From Octopus vulgaris (taxonomy: Eukaryota): a DNA stretch of 64,000 nucleotides. The notes beneath the pieces were generated by a model. It was not told the origin of the DNA. It made no database searches and worked only from the letters and a program-made list of their open reading frames with translations. The translations under genes and the position numbers were made by a program. Below, piece by piece: positions 54,689-64,000 of the stretch. How positions within the stretch are numbered: position 1 is the stretch's first letter; each line of letters starts with the position of its first letter. Location of the stretch: positions 24,304,001 to 24,368,000 of the forward strand of contig OX597821.1 of the NCBI GenBank assembly GCA_951406725.2, written 5' to 3'.

Positions 54689-55109
54689 ACCACGAAACCA
54701 ACGGTTAAAAATTGTGGACGCCCAAACTGTGGAATCCTGCCCCAACTTACTTGAAGGCTCGGATTTCCTTTTCAAACAAGGACAGAGGTTCACAATGAAA
54801 ACTAGTTTCACTTGTGTCGCTGAGAACCTAACTTATGTAATAACCTGCTCGGGTTGCGAACACAATTATATTGGACAGACGAGTATGACTGAGACGGAGA
54901 ACCCCTCTACATAAAAAGCAAATCCGTTTCCCGCAATACAGGCAAATTCTTTTCAGTGAACATATAGAAAAATGTCCAGATAACATCAAACCAAATCTCA
55001 CAGTCTTCTCCTTCTACCAGTGCAAAGACACAATTTCTCCACAAGAACGTTTAAATAAAGAAATTTTTTCATCGAAAAATACAGAACACGTCTTAATATG
55101 CACGCATAA
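54689..55109 (+). pseudogene. Penelope-like element GIY-YIG endonuclease remnant
   Basis: CGRPNCGI-CP Cys linker, FTCVAENLTYVITCSGCEHNYIGQT, HKKQIR...FSEHIEKC and ERLNKE..FIEKYRTRLN; frameshifted. Confidence 0.88.
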
Positions 55110-55394
55110 CCAACTTTTATATTTTTAGATATTTCAATTCACGATCACATCACTACATAAATCCCCCTCGCTAAACAAGTTTTTCGAAACTTCTTTTTGT
55201 GTATATATATATATTACCCTCCCCTACAGAAAGCTAAACAGTTATCTCCCTAACAAAAATAACAATAATAACGATAACCAATTACCTCCCTTATTTTACC
55301 TTCTTGTGAAGTCATTCACTCGTAAATATCATCACACACAACGTGGACAAAAGTGTCTTCTTAAGCAAATACACGTTCAAATAAGTAAACCTTA

Positions 55395-55428
55395 ATATCA
55401 TGAATAGCGAAAGCGAACCGGTCGATAT
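55395..55428 (+). ncRNA. Candidate minimal hammerhead with A3-U8 core variant (one A of GAAA missing)
   Basis: Stem I ATATC/GATAT; core ATGAATA; stem II GC-gaaa-GC; GA-ACCGGT-C with palindromic stem III and GTC triplet; ~290 nt downstream of the PLE ORF on the same strand. Confidence 0.5.
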
Positions 55429-55525
55429 ATTAAAAATCATATTAAAACTATATAAAGTGTGTATAACCTTGGTATTTATTGTATTAAGCTCATTCAAGGA
55501 TATTGGCTATGAGACAAAATCGTAA

Positions 55526-55918
55526 ACTCTTTTACTTGTTTCAGTCATTTGACTGCGGCCGTGCTAGAACACCGCCTTTAGTCGAGCAAATCGACCCCAG
55601 GACATATTTTTTGTAAGCCTAGTACTTATTGTATCGGTCTCTTTTGCAGAACCGCTAAGTTACGAGGACGTAAACACACTACCTTCGGTTGTTAAGCGAT
55701 GTTGAGGGGACAAACACAGACACACAAACATATACACGTACATACATATATATACATTTATGCAACGGGCTTCTTTCAGTTTCTGTCTACCAAATCCAGT
55801 CACAAGGCTTTAGTCAGCAAAAGCTATAGTAGAAGACACTTGCCCAAGGTGCCACGCAGTGGGACCGAACCCAGAACCATGTGGTTCGTAAGCAAGCTAC
55901 TTACCACACAGCCACACC
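55526..55918 (-). mobile_element. SINE family A
   Basis: Identity to family. Confidence 0.88.
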
Positions 55919-57508
55919 TGTTCATGTTTTGTAAATTTGTTCATATGGACACGCCCTACCCGCTCTGTATATGTTTAATGTTTGGTTGTATATATTCATG
56001 GTTTGACCACCATAGTATTTTGAACCCAATTCTGAAGAGTCTTATTCAGCATTTTATAAAGGTTACCTTGAACAGGACATGAGAAGTAATCAATTATTGC
56101 ATGAATTATTGCGTAATGTTTCAAGACTGCTTGCACTGCACTAAGACGAAACAACTGTAGAATGACTGCTCATTTCATTCTTTTTGTTATATTATAAATA
56201 CATACATATACGTATACGTGTGCGTGTACATACATACATACATACATACATACATACATACATACACATACATACACACGCACGTACGCACACACATATA
56301 TGAAGGTGAAACTCTCTCGTTAGAAGGTGAGAGCACAGTTGTTCGATCAACCAAATTTCAAAGCGTAATACAATGCACGAGAAAGCTGTACCTTTTAAAT
56401 TGAAGTTACATTCCATTTCATGGGTCTCTATACAGTTTCTCTTTACCAAATTGCACTTTAAAGGTATGGGTAAACCCGAATATGTAGAGAATGTCACTCG
56501 TCTTCCATGTCACGTTTTGGAATCGAACTCGAAACATTGTGGTCGCGAAGTTAACCATTCGACCAGACCAGACCCACACGCGCGCGCGTGTGTGAGTGAG
56601 TGCATAAACGTGTATCTACATATATTTATATGTGAGTAAAATTTTACGTAGAGGCGCGTAACTTAGTTGTCAGGGTGTCGCATTCATGATCATAAAATTG
56701 TCTCGATGCGTTGTGCTTTTCAGCAAAACACTTCATTTTACGTTACTCCAACCCACTCAGCTGCTAAAAATGTGTAATTTTGTGAATCCAGCAAATTTTG
56801 TAATCCAGCAAATCGACCTTATGAGCCTATGGCCTGGAAAGGACCTTCGATTCTTTGATTGACTGAACATTTTGAGGTGTACGCCATTTTGATGAAGTGA
56901 AAGACGGCGGAAAGAAAGATAAATACTTTTTTGAACTGACCCCTTTGTGTGTGTGTGTGAGTGTGTGTGAGTGTGTGTGTGTGCGTGTGTGTGTGCGTGC
57001 GCGTATATTTGTATCGTCTGGAGTAATTAGGTCTAATCTGACCTAGTGGTGCTGTTGCCTGATGTAACATGGTTTAGTCTGGTGTAAAAGTTTAAAAACA
57101 CTTCAAAATATCTAAGCAATGAATATCAGTATGTTAATGACATTTCTGTTCTTTTATTCACATTATCAAACAATTGTCGAGTTTTGCATATCAAAACAGA
57201 ACAGCGAGAAACGAATGATCACCTCATATGCGAAAAGTCATTCACATTCCGTGTGAATGTTCTCATAACTTTTATTGTTACATTCAGATTTCTTTTATAA
57301 TGCTGTCTTGCAACGTGCATGCGCCGAGTCGCGAGCACTCTCTGCTCCCCTGCCTACCTCTGCGACTATATATACGCACACACAAGCACACATATATGCA
57401 CACAGACACACATATACACAGGCACAAATACCGTGATAGCTTTGAGCCTGCAAATATTTTTTACTTACAAAGTAATATTGCAGACAAATTGAAAATAACT
57501 CAGAATAC

Positions 57509-57544
<36 letters not shown>

Positions 57545-57568
57545 TGCCTGTCGCAACTTCTACGAGTG

Positions 57569-57613
<45 letters not shown>

Positions 57614-57739
57614 ACCTGTGCGGCTTTATAGATATCTATAGATGCCTTTACGAAACCAATTGGAGGTTTCGGATATCTGCCCCTTCATCAAAAATAAACA
57701 CGCACACACATGTATATGTGTGTGTGTGTGACAGTGTTG

Positions 57740-57787
<48 letters not shown>

Positions 57788-58944
57788 ACAATTTTTCAGT
57801 TAAACTAGACAGCAGCCCATAAGTTTTACTCTTCCCCATGACATACAAGTTTATCAAATTCATCTTCTCTACACGGCACACAATCTTATTCAAACATAAG
57901 TTCCACAATATAACTTTTACCGAGAAAGATTTCTGCCAGTTATTTTACCTTTTAACCAGGAAGGAAGTCAGCCGCCATTACCATTTATAGTGCTTCAGTG
58001 ACTGGTGGAAGGGAGCGAAAGAGGAAATGATCCTCAAAGCTACGGGTAACACACACACACACGCACACACACGCACACACACACACACACACACATACGA
58101 GCACGCACGCATGCACACACACACACACACACCTAAGTAACCAGGTGTTGGCTTTTTAAGCCAAACGACAGGTCATGGCGAGATTTGAACTCAGAACGCA
58201 AAGAGATGGAATAAGGTATCCTATCGGACGTTCTTACATGTCCGTCAATCCACTGCCTTGAATTGATACATTTTTATCAATCCAAGGCAAAGTGGATTGG
58301 GCGGAATTTGAACTCAGAACGCAGATAGTCGGAACAAATCTCGCGAGTAATTCTATCCAATACTGTAACAATTCAGTCAATTAATTCAGCCCGCTTGATT
58401 GGTACAATTTTATCGACTCTGAAAAGCAAAGCTGAGCTCGCAGAATTTGAGCTTGGAGTACAGTGGTAATCGGAAGCACTAACCATTCTGTCAGTTCGCC
58501 ACCTTGGTGACCAACTATTTCTCAAAGAGATTAGGATTATAATCATCTTTATCAGATTATGTTTCTCTCAGTAATGAGGATTGACATTATTCAAAATGTC
58601 TGGTGGTGTGATTTTTCCCCCTGATAGACGTGGCAGGACAACAATGACTACGATGGATGCAACCGACAAAACCTTGAAAACGCAGCCTCACGAATATTAA
58701 TTTCTTCATCAGCTTTTCTTGTTCCGTGTGGTGGTGATAGTGGTGTTGGCGGTGTTGGTGGTGTGGGAGGGGATGAGGGTGAGGATAATGGGAAGATTTT
58801 AGGTATTCGTTTACAACCGAAGTAGAATGAATGCTTTAGCAATATTCACAACTTAATCTAGTTTGACGAACGAAATGAAAATAAAATAACAATAAAAATA
58901 AAAAGAATTGGCCAGCGAATAGATTAATGAAGAGATTAGTAACT

Positions 58945-59310
58945 TGTTTTTCTTGTTTCAGTCATTGCACAGCGACCATGTTGGTACACAGCCTTGAACT
59001 GTTTAAACGAAAAAATCGACGCCACTACTTTGTTTCTAAATCTGGTACTTATTCTACCGTCTCTCTTATCGAACCGCTGAGCTACGAGGACGTAAACAAA
59101 CCAATACCGGTTGTCAAGCGGTGATAGGATAACAAAAACAACAACACACACACATTCGATGGGCTTCATTCAGTTTCCGTCTACCAAATCCACTCATAAA
59201 GATTAGGTCGGCCCGGGGGCAATAGTAGAAGACACCCAAGGTGTCGCACTGTTAGATTGAACCTAAAACATTATGGTTAGAAACCTAGCTTCTTACCCAC
59301 GCTTCCACAC
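58945..59310 (-). mobile_element. SINE family A, old diverged copy
   Basis: Recognisable head and tail. Confidence 0.78.
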
Positions 59311-59810
59311 CTCTATTACTACCTCATTTAATCACATCGTTGTGAATTAAACATTCACAACACATCGTTAATTGGATTATCCGAATATCGACATACATAC
59401 AATTCGTTTCAATTAAAAGCCGACTGCGAAACAATTTAGATTGCGCAGCGAGATTTATAATTCATAACAAGACAAACATACCGGCTTTAAATTTGCATTT
59501 CTTTGTAGTTATTCAACTTTAGCTCTTAAATAATGCTACAGGATGTGTTGCTTATGCAGAGGGAGTGTCTCAGTTGTTTCGGTTTAATATTTATAGGTAA
59601 AAACCAGAAAGGAAACATGTGCACAGGTGCATGTATGTATTTGTGTACTAATATACATATGAGTGTGTGTATGTGTCTATACATACATACACACACACAC
59701 ATATATATATATATGAGAGAGAGAGAGGGAGAGACAGAGAGAGAGAGTTGTTCAATATGTTTTCACGAATCAGAAAAGAACAAGCAAACATATATTAAGT
59801 AATAGATTGC

Positions 59811-61024
<1,214 letters not shown>

Positions 61025-61027
<3 letters not shown>

Positions 61028-61091
61028 GTTTGACTTTTACTTTACATTTGCACAAGCTGGCTCCAAGTCTCACCCAGAGACCTCAAGAGAC
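61025..61091 (-). mobile_element. R4/Dong-like 3' terminus abutting the (TAA)n array
   Basis: Homologous to 36580-36647 (TATGTTTGACTT...CACCCAGA.ACCTCAAGAGAC). Confidence 0.8.
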
Positions 61092-61099
61092 CACAAGAA

Positions 61100-61457
61100 G
61101 ACTTTGCCTTCTATCTTTTCGGGGTCGATTAAATAAGTACCAGTTACGCACTGGGGTCGATATAATCGACTTAATCCCTTCCCTCAAATTTGAGGCCTTG
61201 AGCTTCCAGTAGAAATGATTATTATTATCATTATTATTAAGGCGGCGAGATGACAGAATCGTTACCACGCTGGATGAAATGCTTAGCAGTATTTCGACCA
61301 TCGCTGTGTTGAGTTCAAATTTCGTCGAGGTCGACTTTGCTTTCATCTTTTCGAGATCGATAAATTAAGTACCAGTTGCATACTGGGTCTGTCTAATCGA
61401 CCGGTCCCCTCCCCCAAAATATCAAGCCATGTGCCTATAGTAGAAAGGATTATTATT
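61100..61457 (+). mobile_element. Two tandem SINE family B copies
   Basis: Identity to family. Confidence 0.82.
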
Positions 61458-61529
61458 GTTAATTTAATATCATAGCCTCGTCATCGGACGATTTCATGCT
61501 GATAATACCACTCATGCGTGGTATTCTTT

Positions 61530-63310
61530 TGTATGCTGAGTGCTTTCCATTCAGGTCATCTCTGAGGTAAGAGAGCCCAGCTATTTTGGGGCTGTATAGG
61601 AGATCATCTGGAAAAGAGTGTTTCTTGAGGAGTTCATTGCCAACTCGTACAATGTTGCTCACTTCACGTTTCAGGGCTGCATAAATATATTCATTTTCAC
61701 TGCTGTTGTTTCGCAGGTGCTGTCTGAGTGATACCATACGACATTCGAAGGCCGTCTGCACTGATCTCAGGTCTCTACCACCTTTATTTCTTCTTAGGTA
61801 GAGCCTGTAAGCATCACTGTTTCTGTGGAAGTTCCCAGTTGTTGTCAGGATTTTGCGGGTTTTGATATCTATGGAGTGGATTTTCTCTACAGATCAATCA
61901 AGTATCCCAAATGTTGGGATCAGCCCTGGTACTGCGAAAGCATTGTGGGATATTGTTTTGTTGTAAGAGGAGAGTTCCGACTACCATATTTTCCTAAGTC
62001 TGCTGTAATATTCTCGGGTCACTCTATCTTTATTCACAGTGCCTTCATATGATACATTTATGTCTATGCCTAGGTACTTCTAACATTCTTTGTGTGGAAG
62101 GGGAAGATAGACAGACTGTTGATGTACGGATTTTGGTTTGTGGGGACTGACTTTCCTCGTTCTATAACCAAATACGAACATTTCTTTTGGCCAAATTCCA
62201 TGCCTATATCAGATGAAAACATTGTTATTAATTCCAGTTTTTTTTTCATTATTAACACTTTTAGGATAAATCTTCAGGTCGTGTACAAAGAAATTATGAG
62301 TTACATTGATATTTCTGGCAGTTGAAGATCCTAGCCTGTAACCATTTGTTTCCTGCAGTAGGAACGACAATGGATTCAATGCCAAAATGAAAAGAAGTAC
62401 AGGAAGACTATCTCCTTGGAATATTCCCTTTGTAATTCTTATACTATTAGAAACAATTATTCTGTTCTCAGTTGTAAGGGTAAGAATAGTTGTCCATGCC
62501 TTTCCGAGTCTCTCTATGGCAGCAATTAAGGCAGTAGGTACCTTTGCCAGATGTAGGCTCTTCAACAGCCATGAATGAGGGATAGAGCCGAATGCCTTCT
62601 TATAGGTAAGCCATACTGTCACAAGGTTTCTACGATGTTTTCTTACTTCAGACAGTACAGCTTTGTTCATTAAAAGTTGTTTGGCACATCCCCACACTCC
62701 CTTCTTTCCACCAGCCTGTTCATCAGTCACAATGTTGTTCGACTCACAATGGTCCTGGAGGAATTGGTTGAGGCGTCTTGTGTACAGTTTGTACATAATG
62801 TTTAGGCAAGCAATGGGCCTGTAGTTTCCTGCTATCTCGGTGATTTCATTGTTGGCAATAAGATTTGTCCTTGCTGTAGCAAACCAATGTGATATATCAA
62901 TCTGACCTTCCATAGTCCTTTTGAACATGCATATCAATTGGTTACAATAAAACGTCAGTTTCTTGTACCAATATATTTCTTTACTACCCACAAGGGGTTA
63001 AACATAGAGGGGACAAACAAGGACAGACAGAGGGATTAAGTCGAATACATCGACCCCAGTGCGAAACTGGTACTTTATTTATCGACCCCAAAAGGATGAA
63101 AGACAAAGTCGACCTTGGCGGAATTTGAACTCACAACGTAACGACAGACGAAATACCGCTAAGCATTTCACCCGGTGCGCTAACGTTTCTGCCAGCTCGC
63201 CGCCTTCAGTATCTTGTACCAATATCCAACTATTAGGTCCCTTCCAGGTACCTTCCCATTCTGAAGTTTGCTTTCTGTTACAGCGAAGATTTCTGCATCA
63301 ATTTAAATGT
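61530..63310 (-). mobile_element. R4/Dong-like reverse transcriptase region, decayed and interrupted by a SINE
   Basis: NYRPIACLNIMYKL, EQAGGKKG..GC..QL, W.TYKKAFGSIPHSW, GIFQGDSL..LLF.LALNPLS, HNFFVHDLK (YMDD-like), DIGMEFGQKKC and LYL.R.KGGRDL. Confidence 0.9.
62975..63207 (-). mobile_element. SINE family B inserted in the RT with ~20-bp TSD
   Basis: TCAGT(T/A)TCTTGTACCAATAT on both sides. Confidence 0.9.
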
Positions 63311-63314
63311 AGAT

Positions 63315-64000
63315 TTAGGTCTTCACATTGAGTCTTGACAGATTGAATAGTTTACCGTCCGACCTTGTGTGGAGGCAAACGCCGTCGTTATGCGTCCCAA
63401 ATGCATACGTCAGCATGGCAGCGAAGTAGCTGTTTAACAGGGTAGGGGCAAGCACGTATCTTTGTTTTACCCCACGTCGAACATCAAAGGGTTCTGAGGT
63501 GTTTTCGTTGAAGTGTACTGTAGCCTTTATGTACAGATGGAATGACTCAAGGATGCGGAGCAGTCGAGGAGGACACCCAATATTCCCAAGAACTTGGAAC
63601 AACCCATTCCTACTCACCGTGTCAAACGCCTTCGTCAAGCTAACGTAGAGAGGGTGGTTCTGTAGAAGGGTTGGTTTTGTTCCCTGCATTTCTCTTGTAA
63701 ATGCCGAAGGGAGAAAATCATATCCATCGTGGATCGTCTGGAGCTGAAACCACTTTGAGATTCTGGATAGATCCTTTCTACAAGTTTCCGAACAAATGCC
63801 TTCTCGATGACATTGAGCAGTGATATGCCTCTATAGCCGTCACAGTGATTCCTGCTTCCTTTGGTTTTATACAACGTGACAATTTTACTGTCTTTCATAT
63901 CACTGAGAATCTCCCCTTCCATCCAGCAATGACACACGATATGGTGGAGTTGGTGTAGGATGTCTTCTTTCGAACACGTGATAACTTCAGCTGGTATCCC
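63315..64000 (-). mobile_element. RTE-clade LINE reverse transcriptase fragment
   Basis: GIPAE, IVTLYK.KG....C..YRGISLL, PESQSGF...RST.DMIFSLR.LQEKCREQ, LTKAFDTVSR, GVKQ..VLAPTL and RSDGKLFNLSRL. Confidence 0.93.

Noticed and set aside
57960-58045. Candidate internal exon (pyrimidine tract-CAG ... GG|GTAAC)
   Set aside because: Stops in all three frames; could only be non-coding and there is no other support
58628-58825. Possible terminal exon after TTTTTCCCCCTGATAG
   Set aside because: The open frame runs into low-complexity GGT repeats with no protein-like signal

Overview
This is AT-rich, repeat-saturated animal DNA. From recall of its three tRNA-derived SINE families, it is most likely an Octopus (coleoid cephalopod) genome. 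It contains many SINE copies, (TA)n/(CA)n/(ATT)n microsatellites, decayed LINEs (Tx1/L1, RTE, CR1, R4/Dong), Penelope-like element (PLE) remnants, Helitrons, a full-length dead mariner and several MITEs. The only plausible host coding piece is a signal-peptide-like exon at 13489-13552, so most of the window may be intronic. Nearly all listed ORFs are microsatellite artefacts. The most interesting signal is a set of hammerhead-ribozyme (HHR) motifs tied to fold-back and PLE-like elements. One is a complete canonical type-I HHR at the apex of a ~390-nt rod-like hairpin (21345-21736). Two others appear to swap the conserved 3-8 core pair, to G3-C8 (22617-22666, inside a 272-bp palindrome) and to A3-U8 (55395-55428, downstream of a PLE GIY-YIG ORF). 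All structures and alignments were done by eye, and repeat boundaries are approximate.
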